This document shows positions 25,574-34,683 of a stretch of DNA of 64,000 nt, piece after piece. The notes beneath the pieces are model-generated. The model was not told the origin of the DNA, did no database searches, and was given only the letters and a program-made list of their open reading frames with translations. The DNA is taken from sequence record LC667451.1; one strand, given 5' to 3'. Made by a program: the position numbers and the translations under genes. The first letter of the stretch is position 1. Each line of letters begins with the position of its first letter.

Positions 25574-26674
25574 TTAGTAGCGGTAGTGACGACGCCGGGG
25601 CGTCTTGTTGAGAAACACGTAGAACGCAATGGCCGTCGCCAAGAGCGAACAGATTGCGATGATGGCACACGTGCCGATAGTCGGCGCCGATTCCCAGGCG
25701 AGATAGTTGAAGTCCTTCATGTGCTTGCGATGAAAGTCCTTCACGATAAACCCGCCGATCATCGTCGTCGTATCGACAGGGTCCAGCGTACCTTTGTCCT
25801 GGATCGCGTCAGCCAACTCGACTTTGAACGTCTCGTTATCTGTCCAGCTAACGATACGCGCCCAGTTGACCTTCGGATAGTCAGCGGTTCCGATGACCAC
25901 CACGACGTCGTTTTTCTTGCCCCCAAGCCAAGCCGTGCGAAGAGCATTGGCAAAATTAGGGTCTTGAACAGACGTAAGCACAATGATGACATTGACTTGT
26001 TTCTCCGGTCCGAGTGGTCGCAGCATGAGAGCGAGTTGCTGGTTCCACGCATTGAGTTTCAGGTCGTCCATCGGCACGTTACCGACTAACAAGACCCGCT
26101 TGAGCTTGTAGTAGTCGTACACGTTATCCGGGTACTCCGGAATCAAAGGCTTGAACTGCTTGAAGGCCGTCTGGGCATCCTGGTTGTTAAACAAGGAGTC
26201 CTTCGCCCCCATCACGTAGTTCACGAAGTAGTGATCCTGAGCCACTGGATCACCGACCTGGGCCTGGGACCAGCGCGGTGGTTCATCAATGCCCTGACGA
26301 TCGACCCGTCGGATCTTGATGTCATTGCCCGCGTTGTTCTCGAGCTTCCAGTCCACATCGAAGTTATGCTCGTAACAAGTCGAGCACGTCTTGCGACCGT
26401 CCTTGTCGGTGGAGCAGTTACACTCGTAGCTGTGTTCACACGAGACTTCTTCGCGGACCTTCTTGGTGATCTCGCCATTCCAGATTTCCGTATCGATCCG
26501 GTTATGGAAGAGCACACCACCGTAACCCGCCAGCGTGACGATGGGTCCGATCAGAAAGAGCGCGATCAGCACGCGTCTCTCGATGTGTTTACGCGCCCAC
26601 ATCGTGACGCCAAAACTGAACCCGCCCGAGAGGGCGAGCAGTAAGAGAAGGGATTCCATATTCTTGTTAGACAC
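25574..26674 (-). CDS. membrane protein with Cys motif and TPM-like C-terminal domain
   Basis: two N-terminal TMs, CEHSY.C...C.TC, LGGKKNDVVVVIG, C-terminal TM; adjacent to the LemA-like gene. Confidence 0.6.
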   Translation of the reverse strand: MSNKNMESLLLLLALSGGFSFGVTMWARKHIERRVLIALFLIGPIVTLAGYGGVLFHNRIDTEIWNGEITKKVREEVSCEHSYECNCSTDKDGRKTCSTCYEHNFDVDWKLENNAGNDIKIRRVDRQGIDEPPRWSQAQVGDPVAQDHYFVNYVMGAKDSLFNNQDAQTAFKQFKPLIPEYPDNVYDYYKLKRVLLVGNVPMDDLKLNAWNQQLALMLRPLGPEKQVNVIIVLTSVQDPNFANALRTAWLGGKKNDVVVVIGTADYPKVNWARIVSWTDNETFKVELADAIQDKGTLDPVDTTTMIGGFIVKDFHRKHMKDFNYLAWESAPTIGTCAIIAICSLLATAIAFYVFLNKTPRRRHYRY

Positions 26675-26960
26675 CCGATCTGAAGATAACGATAAAGAGA
26701 ATCACCCCGATGACGAGGTACGACCATAGACACACTCGCCAGATGATGCGACACCGTTTCTTAAGTTTCGTGGTCTTTTCATCGTAAGCATGAAACGGTT
26801 CTTTGGTGTACGCCCAGAGGGCTAGTCCCCCGAACGGGATCATGAGTATCATCATGATCCCTTGCCAAAGCACCGGTCCAATATGGGAGCCCGTGCTGAT
26901 GTGGTTTTGTGTGGCAGACATCAGTACAATTGTGGTAGCAGCAGTAACTGCGGCACTCAT
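26667..26960 (-). CDS. membrane protein
   Basis: two TM segments. Confidence 0.65.
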   Translation of the reverse strand: MSAAVTAATTIVLMSATQNHISTGSHIGPVLWQGIMMILMIPFGGLALWAYTKEPFHAYDEKTTKLKKRCRIIWRVCLWSYLVIGVILFIVIFRSGV

Positions 26961-27013
26961 GGTCTTCCTTTCTATTTAGGTGGCCTCACTCCTAAGATGG
27001 CAACCGAAAGTAA

Positions 27014-27412
27014 TTATTGTACGGTAGTGGAGGGGGTACCGTCCGGCCGCACACCGGGCAGGTAGACGTTGACAATCAGTCCGCTGGTTTCGTCTTCGAC
27101 GGCAAAGACGCAGTCTGCTTGTTTAGGCGCATGATGCGGTTCAGCACCCTGAATGGTAATGAGCAACTGATAGCCGTAGATCTCACGCTCGATACCTTCG
27201 ACTGGCAGATTCATGCGACAGCGATGCAGTTCCACCGCGCACGTGACGTCGTCAGTGTTATTGACCGCACCATACATGCGCAATTCTTCCACTACCCAGT
27301 TGATAGCGAGTTTGAGGATTTCGTTGCGGCGCTCTTCGACGATCTTGGGACGCAGAAAGTCGATCACTTCCGTCAGGAAAGGGGTGGTTTCTTGTTGCTG
27401 TTCGTCAGACAT
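27014..27412 (-). CDS. hypothetical protein
   Basis: AAGGAG SD. Confidence 0.75.
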   Translation of the reverse strand: MSDEQQQETTPFLTEVIDFLRPKIVEERRNEILKLAINWVVEELRMYGAVNNTDDVTCAVELHRCRMNLPVEGIEREIYGYQLLITIQGAEPHHAPKQADCVFAVEDETSGLIVNVYLPGVRPDGTPSTTVQ

Positions 27413-27438
27413 AAGAGGCTCCTTGTGTAAGCTCAGGT

Positions 27439-27470
27439 GATGATATATCGCCGTAAAATCTTCGGTTGAA
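27439..27470 (-). promoter_or_regulatory. phage early-type promoter (variant)
   Basis: GATTTTACGGCGATATATCATC upstream of the gene starting at 27412. Confidence 0.45.
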
Positions 27471-27537
27471 TAAGTAAATACTTACAGATCGTATGAAGTG
27501 TATTTTTTTGCTTCGATTTCCACCGAAAGGGGTTAGC

Positions 27538-28329
27538 ATGACGATCAGTAAGTACAACCGCAAGAAGAAGACGCAGGACGATCGTGACTTCGTTTACGAA
27601 GGCCACAAGCGTTTCGGCGATGCGGCCATTCCGCCCAAAGCGGATCTCACGCCCTACCTGGGTCCGGTGTTCGACCAGGATCAACTAGGTAGCTGCACGG
27701 CCAACGCCTGCGCTGGGGCGCTGGAGTACGAAGAGAACATCCAGGCTGCCAACGACAACGCCGTCTGTCTGTCGCGTCTGTTCCTGTATTGGAACGAACG
27801 CAATCTGGAAGGCACGGTTGACCAGGATTCAGGCGGCGAAATTCGTGACGTGGTGAAGGTGGCCGCCAAGTACGGTGCGCCGCTCGAAACCACCTGGCCG
27901 TACAACGAAGACAAGTTCACGGTCAAGCCCTCACTCGAAGCCTACAACGAGGGTCTGCAACATCGTGCGCTCAAGTACGAGGCGGTGCCGCAAGACCTGA
28001 CGGCGTTCAAACATGTGCTGGCGGTGCTCAACCGCCCGATCCTGATCGGTATCACGGTATTCGACTCGTTCGAGTCCGATGAGACGATCGCTTCGGGCGT
28101 GGTGCCGATGCCCAAGCATCATGAGAACTGTGTGGGTGGTCATGCCGTGCTGTGTGTGGGCTACGACGACGAGAAGCAAGCGTTTCTGGTGCGCAACTCG
28201 TGGAACACCATCTATCCACCTGCCTGGCCTGGCTCGAAAGAGAAAGGCTCGTTCTGGCTGCCGTACGAATACATGATGAATCCGGAACTGGCTGAAGACT
28301 TCTGGGTAATAACTCAGATCTCGAGTTAA
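27538..28329 (+). CDS. papain-like C1A cysteine peptidase (xylellain-like)
   Basis: DQDQLGSCTAN (catalytic Cys), GGHAV (His), RNSW (Asn). Confidence 0.92.
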   Translation: MTISKYNRKKKTQDDRDFVYEGHKRFGDAAIPPKADLTPYLGPVFDQDQLGSCTANACAGALEYEENIQAANDNAVCLSRLFLYWNERNLEGTVDQDSGGEIRDVVKVAAKYGAPLETTWPYNEDKFTVKPSLEAYNEGLQHRALKYEAVPQDLTAFKHVLAVLNRPILIGITVFDSFESDETIASGVVPMPKHHENCVGGHAVLCVGYDDEKQAFLVRNSWNTIYPPAWPGSKEKGSFWLPYEYMMNPELAEDFWVITQISS

Positions 28330-28347
28330 TGCCAAAAAAGAAGTGAT

Positions 28348-28384
28348 GTCATAGAGCGGAGCCCTAGGGCTCCGCTCTTATGCC
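28348..28384. terminator. bidirectional hairpin with TATG tails on both sides
   Basis: gtcata-AGAGCGGAGCCC/GGGCTCCGCTCT-tatgcc between convergent genes. Confidence 0.75.
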
Positions 28385-28386
28385 GA

Positions 28387-28947
28387 TCATTCAGAAGTCG
28401 GCGGGTCTTGTTCAAAATACTGAACTGTCCAGCCATTATAAGAGGGGTATCTGCAATTGGCCACAAGCGTCATGCTGGACCTGGATAGGTTTTGCTCTCT
28501 ACAAAACTCCGAAAGATTGTGACCATGGTGAACTGTATTATCAGGCCCTATCGCAAGAAACTCTTTCGATCTCGTAGCAGCAGCTGCTACTTCCTTTTCC
28601 GGATCATAACGACCGTTTGCTCGACACTCTTGCATGTTTTGCAACTTCGTGATGAAGCGACAACTCTCGTTCGTATATGGGCCTGTGTCGCCGATACGAC
28701 CAAGCTGAAACTGATCTCGTCGATGTCCGATTTGATCTGGATTTGTTAGTCCCGCTTCCGCCACCTTCTGCATATAGTCCTCAAAGGTGAGTTCAGTAAC
28801 CTTGCCATTCTGATTGGCATTGTTTCTGTGGTAATGGAACTTCCTGTACCAGGGTTGAAGATCTTCAGGTTTGAAACCACGATCCGTCAACACCTTTTGC
28901 TTCTCTCCCAAATCGGCCGTGGGCCTACCTGTTCTAGGCATCTTCAA
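28387..28947 (-). CDS. HNH/NUMOD-type homing-endonuclease-like protein
   Basis: L.R.GD.GPY...CRFIT...N beta-beta-alpha-Me-like segment; C-terminal FCRE.NLSRSSM HTH/NUMOD1-like. Confidence 0.6.
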   Translation of the reverse strand: MKMPRTGRPTADLGEKQKVLTDRGFKPEDLQPWYRKFHYHRNNANQNGKVTELTFEDYMQKVAEAGLTNPDQIGHRRDQFQLGRIGDTGPYTNESCRFITKLQNMQECRANGRYDPEKEVAAAATRSKEFLAIGPDNTVHHGHNLSEFCREQNLSRSSMTLVANCRYPSYNGWTVQYFEQDPPTSE

Positions 28948-28961
28948 TCCTTAACACAAAT

Positions 28962-28997
28962 AAAAAGAGCCCAGGGAAAAGTCCCTGGGCTTATGCC
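28962..28997. terminator. bidirectional hairpin (U-tail on minus, TTATGCC on plus)
   Basis: GCCCAGGG/CCCTGGGC stem. Confidence 0.7.
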
Positions 28998-28999
28998 GC

Positions 29000-29251
29000 T
29001 TACTGAGCTTCTGCTGAGTGAGCAATCATCGCCAAACGCAACCAGCACCACTGATGATAGTTCTGCATGTTGGGAGAATTCGGATTGCCACTACGCTTGC
29101 GCGCACCTTCCCATGCTTTCTTCGTGACAATCGGATGTTCACCACCCTGATCGAGTTTGTACTTCTTGGTCAGTTTCTCACCGCCCAACTTGTGGTCAGC
29201 GATACATTGTTCGATCTGTTGCTGGGTGAGTTCCTTGCCATTGAGTAACAT
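29000..29251 (-). CDS. hypothetical protein
   Basis: AAGGAA SD. Confidence 0.7.
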   Translation of the reverse strand: MLLNGKELTQQQIEQCIADHKLGGEKLTKKYKLDQGGEHPIVTKKAWEGARKRSGNPNSPNMQNYHQWCWLRLAMIAHSAEAQ

Positions 29252-29349
29252 GATGTTTCCTTAACGAATTCACCTTGTTGTCGGTCAGGAAGCCCTGATT
29301 CATACTGCTCGCCGAGGCAGCTGGTGAGGAAAGCGCTGCCCTACTACTC

Positions 29350-29766
29350 TTACTTCGACTTATCTTGCTCTTCCCAGCGCTGCTTGTTAAGGCGACGCTG
29401 ATAAAGCAAAGCCAGCTGGCGATCCGTGAGGCGCTCGATGACTTCGTGCTGTTCGGTTTCGCCCTCCAGCCGATAATGCAGGCTGATGATCTCCACCCAG
29501 GGCGCCGGTGCGTCGTCATTGTACTTCGGCATCTCCCGCATCGAGTCTGCGATACGATTGCGCGAGTACAGTTCGAGCAAGATCGTGTTGACCTTGCCAT
29601 CAGTGAACATGTGAGTCGGGATCGGGAACTTGTTCTCGTACAGTTCGTACAATCCAGCATGCTCGCCATCTTGCGTGATGAGTAACTTACCGGAAATTTG
29701 ATGCACGAGACGATACAAAATGGTCACTTGACCAGCCGTCTCCATCGGAGATTCTTGCTCCATCAC
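29350..29766 (-). CDS. hypothetical protein
   Basis: GGAGG SD. Confidence 0.7.
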   Translation of the reverse strand: MMEQESPMETAGQVTILYRLVHQISGKLLITQDGEHAGLYELYENKFPIPTHMFTDGKVNTILLELYSRNRIADSMREMPKYNDDAPAPWVEIISLHYRLEGETEQHEVIERLTDRQLALLYQRRLNKQRWEEQDKSK

Positions 29767-29772
29767 TTCCTC

Positions 29773-30507
29773 CTAAAAAAGACTTTCGATACCATCAGGG
29801 AGTTCCTGCAAGAGATCGTCGACCTTTCCTTCCCAACACTTCATGGCGTCGGGATAGAGTTGATCAGGATCGCGAGCCGCATGGATGTCCGAGTCCTCAC
29901 CGTAGATGATGAGATCCGCTGTCTCAGGATCATCCCACCACGTGCCGCCTAGCTTCACGACGGCCTTAAGCAGGTTCTCACGTGGGTAGATCGTGGTGCC
30001 GCTCACCATGACCTTCTTGTCGTGGAAGTAAGGATTCTTCATCGGTGCATCCTTCCAGTCCTTGAACATGATCTCGCTCCAACCACGGTTCTGTTCGTCC
30101 CGCAATCGTTCGATCATGGCCCAATCGATCTCGTGATCAGGCACGCGCCGAATCGCCAGCACTTGATCTTTCGGTTTCAAGAGCGCAATCTGCCGCACGC
30201 CACGACTGAGGTAGTGAGGGGTGTAGATGACAATGTCGAAGCCGCCCTGCTCCAGGAACTTCTGGTTGATGCGATTGTGGTCGGCGAAGATCTCCTCGTA
30301 ATCCGTGAACTGACCCTGCAGAATCAACGGCTTTTGGTAGACGACGTCGATCTCATAGAGCTCCATGCCCTTGATGTGGGGAGCCGCCCACGAGAAGATG
30401 TCATCACACACGTAAAGCGGCGTGTTGTTGTGCAGCGTTTTACGTGAAAGCTTCATATCCGTGCTTGGATCAAGCCAGTGATAGAAGATGGCGATCTCGC
30501 TACCCAC
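29773..30507 (-). CDS. ADP-ribosyltransferase-like domain fused to a C-terminal BRCT domain
   Basis: YH..LYV..Y.I.V...KPL..GGFD.VI...QI.LL.P.DQ pattern; KKVMVSGT...RENL...V.KLGG....ADLII.GE BRCT pattern. Confidence 0.55.
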   Translation of the reverse strand: MGSEIAIFYHWLDPSTDMKLSRKTLHNNTPLYVCDDIFSWAAPHIKGMELYEIDVVYQKPLILQGQFTDYEEIFADHNRINQKFLEQGGFDIVIYTPHYLSRGVRQIALLKPKDQVLAIRRVPDHEIDWAMIERLRDEQNRGWSEIMFKDWKDAPMKNPYFHDKKVMVSGTTIYPRENLLKAVVKLGGTWWDDPETADLIIYGEDSDIHAARDPDQLYPDAMKCWEGKVDDLLQELPDGIESLF

Positions 30508-30515
30508 AATTCCCC

Positions 30516-30848
30516 CTAGAGTTTGATGATGATTTCAATCGACGTCGCGGGCACGCCTAACGCTTCAGCCAAATCCCGCTTGGCGTCATTAACCACCTCT
30601 CTGATGTCCGGCTTAGTGTCTGGTGTCTCCGCCATGAAGAAGAGGTTGAGTCGGTCGAGCAGGTCGTCACGCGGGCGTGAACACAGTCGGTGCTCAGGCG
30701 GATACTCCCAGTTATAAATGGTCTTATCCGTCACCTTGAGATGATCCGCAAGCTTCTGACGACTAAGCTTACGGGCCACACGCGCGGCACGCAGTTCAAT
30801 GTGAAATGTGGGCGACTTGGGATCGAATCCCGTTTTCCGTACTTCCAT
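30516..30848 (-). CDS. XRE-family HTH regulator
   Basis: LRAARVARKLSRQKLADHLKVTDKTIYNWE. Confidence 0.85.
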   Translation of the reverse strand: MEVRKTGFDPKSPTFHIELRAARVARKLSRQKLADHLKVTDKTIYNWEYPPEHRLCSRPRDDLLDRLNLFFMAETPDTKPDIREVVNDAKRDLAEALGVPATSIEIIIKL

Positions 30849-31210
30849 TACATCGCCGCCACGACTTCCTTGAACTCACCCGGAATCTCACGAATCGAGT
30901 CCGGCTCGTAGACATCGCGATAGCCGTTCGGATACTTCTTGCCGATCTCGCTATCGTCGTTACGCGGGTCCCAGTGCACCACGTACGGACAGCGGCCGCC
31001 ATGGTAGAAGCTGCTGACCACCGTATCGAGCAATGCGCCTTTCAGAATCGGATCTTCGACCTGATTGACGGCTTTCACTGCTTCGCCGGGATTTTCTTCG
31101 ACGTACGCGTTGGGCTTCACGCCGTTGTAAGCGACGATCGTACCCTTGCCGTGCGTGTCCGGACCACCACCGAAGTGGGTAACACGTTGACCGATTTTCA
31201 GCAATTCCAT
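30848..31210 (-). CDS. hypothetical protein (SH3-like start)
   Basis: coupled overlap with neighbours. Confidence 0.75.
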   Translation of the reverse strand: MELLKIGQRVTHFGGGPDTHGKGTIVAYNGVKPNAYVEENPGEAVKAVNQVEDPILKGALLDTVVSSFYHGGRCPYVVHWDPRNDDSEIGKKYPNGYRDVYEPDSIREIPGEFKEVVAAM

Positions 31211-32211
31211 TACTTGTTCCCCTCGCCCAGATCGAACACTTTCGACTCAGCATCAAAACGCACATTGCAACGCACCAGATCCAACACCTGATCACGGTCA
31301 GCGTTGCGCTTGAACTTCTCGACGTCGTAGCGCAGCACGCCTTGCAGCTTCGGATGCGGCTCGACCAGCATCGGGCCGTTATCGCCATCACACGCTGCCA
31401 GTTCGTTCAGCAGCTTGACTGCGTGCACCGTCGGATGATCAGACAGGCGATTGCGCACCAGACGGAATCGACCGCGCTCACACGCGTTGCTGTAATACTG
31501 GAAGAGCTTTTCCAAGCCTTCGTCCGAGAGCTTGGTCAGGCGTGCCGACACTTCACGGGTTTCGATGACCAGGGTGTCATCGCCCCAGCGCTCGCAGAAT
31601 TCACGCGCCACCGACGACGGATTGCCCATTTCATCGGACAGGTTGGTCGTCGCACACTTGCGTGTCTCGTAGGCCAACTGCTTGTCGTGCGTGACGAAGC
31701 CTTCAGAACGCGTAGCATTCCACACCGTGTATTCCGGCATGGTCGCTTCGACTTGAAGTTCGAGCTTCGTGGGTTCTTCCACAGGGCGCATGCGCATTTG
31801 CCAGCCACCCAGCTGATGACGTTCGAACACACCGTACTTGTAGCCCGAAGCGCGCAAGACGAAGAAGATCTCGATGGTGTTCGTCACACCCGAGCATGAG
31901 ATCCCAATCTTGAAGCCGTCGTAGTAATCGTAGTCGCCATTCTCTTTGGCAACTGCCATGTAGAGCTTGACCGGTAGCCAGTGGTAACGGAGCTTGCCGT
32001 CGTCTTTGCCGTCACAGCCGTTGGTGAGTTGCAGCAACGAATACGCGGCGTCATTCACGCGTTTCATGATGCGCAACACAAACGAGTCGTTGGCTTCGCC
32101 GTCGATGGTGGTAGCCTGATGAACCATCTCGGTGAGTTCGCGATAGTTCGGCAGGTAGATGTCCTGCAACATGAAGAAGTTATGCGTCGGATCGTGTGTG
32201 ATCTTGCTCAT
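31210..32211 (-). CDS. hypothetical multidomain protein
   Basis: 333-aa ORF, AAGGAA SD. Confidence 0.8.
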   Translation of the reverse strand: MSKITHDPTHNFFMLQDIYLPNYRELTEMVHQATTIDGEANDSFVLRIMKRVNDAAYSLLQLTNGCDGKDDGKLRYHWLPVKLYMAVAKENGDYDYYDGFKIGISCSGVTNTIEIFFVLRASGYKYGVFERHQLGGWQMRMRPVEEPTKLELQVEATMPEYTVWNATRSEGFVTHDKQLAYETRKCATTNLSDEMGNPSSVAREFCERWGDDTLVIETREVSARLTKLSDEGLEKLFQYYSNACERGRFRLVRNRLSDHPTVHAVKLLNELAACDGDNGPMLVEPHPKLQGVLRYDVEKFKRNADRDQVLDLVRCNVRFDAESKVFDLGEGNK

Positions 32212-32268
32212 TGTAAGTTCCTTGTTTGTAACATACGCCCAGGGTTCCCCCTGGGCGAGCGTGCTGCC

Positions 32269-32295
32269 TTACTGCAACAACAGACTACGCATCAT
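32269..32295 (-). other. 8-codon uORF (MMRSLLLQ) preceding a hairpin-TATG element at 32232..32257
   Basis: AGGAG SD; GCCCAGG/CCTGGGC hairpin follows. Confidence 0.35.
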
Positions 32296-32302
32296 CGTGC
32301 TC

Positions 32303-32692
32303 CTAACGAATGGAGAGTTTGTCGAAGGTGAGCAATGCCTCTTCGCGCACACTCACCACCTGGCCCTCTTCATTTGTCTCCGCCATCAGCAAACGGGTTT
32401 CGCCGAACGAGTCATCGGTGTTCAACATCGCAACACAAATGACCCAGCCATTGAAAGTTTGCTCCCCCAGCTTAAGATTTTGAACCTGTAGCAAGAGGCG
32501 GTGGTATTTCTGATGTCGATTCGACGTGATCTTCGGTTTCACGAAATCCGTGTACGTCTTATCCAACCACGAAGAGACCTGCAAAGTCTGCGCAGGGTTT
32601 AAGTGGATGGCACGCGAACGGAAAGCTTCCATGACCGAGCGACCTCGGGCGATGACTGTTGTTTTACCTGCCTCAGTTGTAGTTGTATTCAT
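32303..32692 (-). CDS. hypothetical protein
   Basis: GGGAGGG SD. Confidence 0.7.
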   Translation of the reverse strand: MNTTTTEAGKTTVIARGRSVMEAFRSRAIHLNPAQTLQVSSWLDKTYTDFVKPKITSNRHQKYHRLLLQVQNLKLGEQTFNGWVICVAMLNTDDSFGETRLLMAETNEEGQVVSVREEALLTFDKLSIR

Positions 32693-32722
32693 GTTTCCCT
32701 CCCTTCTGTATAGCGATGGGGA

Positions 32723-33073
32723 TCAATGCATGATCATCGACGTGGAGGGTAGATCCGGATCTTGCTCGGTGATCTCCGTGATCAGATCCATCTCGTCGAC
32801 AAAGAGCGCCCAACGCGTCACTTGCCCGTCCGCACGGGTAAGTGTAAGCACGTATGCATAGCGCTCCGTGCCGTTACTCAGATGCAACTTGCCGTAAGTC
32901 ATGTGCTGCTTGAGCGGCTTATCCGTAAACCGCGCGAGAAGTGCTTCTGAGTAAGGTTTGACAATCTGCTGGAACGACTGCTTGGCCTTCATGTCCTTGC
33001 AGCGCGCGTAGATTGCCAGAACTAGATCTCCGAAATCCGGATTCTTGGAGATCGATAACAACGACTGTTCCAT
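32723..33073 (-). CDS. hypothetical protein
   Basis: GGAGG SD. Confidence 0.7.
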   Translation of the reverse strand: MEQSLLSISKNPDFGDLVLAIYARCKDMKAKQSFQQIVKPYSEALLARFTDKPLKQHMTYGKLHLSNGTERYAYVLTLTRADGQVTRWALFVDEMDLITEITEQDPDLPSTSMIMH

Positions 33074-33080
33074 AATCCTC

Positions 33081-33461
33081 CTATGCAGGTTGAGGGGAAA
33101 GCACCATCAGGTGTTCCCAGAGTGCGGCCACTACGCGGGTTTCGATAACGTCGTGTTGTATCAGGTTGTTCACCCGATTAATCGTCATGCGTTTAGCTGA
33201 CGAGTCCTCCACCAGTCGCAGGAGCTTTTCCAGCGACGGGCACGCATCATCGAGAAATATGAAGTCGATGAACGGTTCCAGGTTGAAGGTCCCTGGAGCA
33301 CGCCCAACAACAACGTACACGTACTTACCCGTAGCGGTGCTGATTTGCATCATACGACGCTCCGAGTCGACCTGAATCGTCAACATGGGTGCCGTACGTA
33401 CTGACTCAAACTTCTTTGACACCCAGTACGCGATGTCAGACAGACTGATCACGTCGTTCAC
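33081..33461 (-). CDS. hypothetical protein
   Basis: GTG start, GGAG SD. Confidence 0.65.
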   Translation of the reverse strand: MNDVISLSDIAYWVSKKFESVRTAPMLTIQVDSERRMMQISTATGKYVYVVVGRAPGTFNLEPFIDFIFLDDACPSLEKLLRLVEDSSAKRMTINRVNNLIQHDVIETRVVAALWEHLMVLSPQPA

Positions 33462-33473
33462 AACTCTTCTCCT

Positions 33474-33971
33474 CTAGTTGCTTGCCATAAGCGCTAGGTA
33501 CGGGTTGGACTTCTTCGCTACCACTTGCTGCTGCCTAGCTGCAAGAATCGTCTTGACCGCCTTCTGAACCTTGACGGCGTACTGAGCGCGCTCTTTGGGC
33601 GTATTCGAGTGATAGCCGCCCACTGCCACCCAGTTATTACCGTGGCGATCCATCTGGCGACGCAGCAACCAGGCTGCGACGTATATGTTCTTGCAGCTAT
33701 TCATCAGGTCCCGACGTCGGATCTTGTACTTCTTCAACTCAGGCAGATGGATCGAATTGATCTGCATCATGCCGAGATCCACGGAGCCATTCTTGTTGCG
33801 TCCAATCGCACGGGGGTCAGCTTGCGCATTCTCCACCATGCGAATACCACGTAAAACTGTGGGATTGACATGCTGGTACGCAGCGGCTTCATCAAAGCAA
33901 TCTGCACGCGCTACCCCCGAAAACATCATAGTTGCTGCGGCGAGGGACATCAGGATGGTTTTTCGAATCAT
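33474..33971 (-). CDS. lytic transglycosylase (SLT, IagB/EtgA-like) with signal peptide
   Basis: CF..AA....V.P..L.GI..VE; NKNGS.DLG.MQINS; NI...AW.L; AVG.YHS. Confidence 0.9.
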   Translation of the reverse strand: MIRKTILMSLAAATMMFSGVARADCFDEAAAYQHVNPTVLRGIRMVENAQADPRAIGRNKNGSVDLGMMQINSIHLPELKKYKIRRRDLMNSCKNIYVAAWLLRRQMDRHGNNWVAVGGYHSNTPKERAQYAVKVQKAVKTILAARQQQVVAKKSNPYLALMASN

Positions 33972-34014
33972 CGTTCTTCCTAGTTGTAACTACGTTGTAG
34001 GTACCGCTCTAGTT

Positions 34015-34041
34015 GTAATATAGGGCTGACTTCTTTTAAGG
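34015..34041 (-). promoter_or_regulatory. phage early-type promoter
   Basis: CCTTAAAAGAAGTCAGCCCTATATTAC. Confidence 0.65.
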
Positions 34042-34089
34042 TCATAGCGCGAAGAGGTAAAAAACCTCTTCGCACGATGGTTCTTGTTT

Positions 34090-34398
34090 TTAGTGATGCA
34101 GCGCAGCGAAGAGATCCGTCACCGTCCAGCCGTAACGGGCGGCCAGTTGGTTCGACCATGACAGGCATTCCGCGTGCGTGCCGACATCGCACACCGAGTG
34201 AGCACGACCGTCCTTGCCGCGCAGATAGGCCGAGAAGAATTCCGGCGTTTCATTGTCGACCACGACCGGGTGACGACCATCGCCGTCGGCTTCCTGTTCC
34301 TTGTCGTGCGACACGCCATTGATTTCCACACCGTCGAAGAGTTCCGGCTGGTCTTTGATCACAGCCGCTGCGTAGAACTCGTTCTTGAAGCCTTCCAT
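34090..34398 (-). CDS. hypothetical protein
   Basis: AAGGAG SD before MEGFK. Confidence 0.7.
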   Translation of the reverse strand: MEGFKNEFYAAAVIKDQPELFDGVEINGVSHDKEQEADGDGRHPVVVDNETPEFFSAYLRGKDGRAHSVCDVGTHAECLSWSNQLAARYGWTVTDLFAALHH

Positions 34399-34400
34399 TG

Positions 34401-34655
34401 CTATTCTCCTTGTTTGTATTGCGGTGGCACCACGTGGCTTAAACGGATGCCGTGGGTTTTCAGATAGTCCGCTGGTACCGGCCAGTGTTGCAGTCGATAG
34501 ACCACATCCTGACAGCGACAACAGTAGACTTGGTGGTTTAGGATGTCGAACGTGACTGTCCGTTGTCCGCACTTCGGACAGTCAGGATTGGCACCCCATG
34601 TTTGGCGACGTAGAGGAGGCTGCTTACGAAACAGCTTCGTGACCCAGCCGATCAT
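34401..34655 (-). CDS. small zinc-finger protein
   Basis: CPKC...YCCRC. Confidence 0.6.
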   Translation of the reverse strand: MIGWVTKLFRKQPPLRRQTWGANPDCPKCGQRTVTFDILNHQVYCCRCQDVVYRLQHWPVPADYLKTHGIRLSHVVPPQYKQGE

Positions 34656-34683
34656 TTCGCGCTCCTTGTTTCTGACAACTCAG

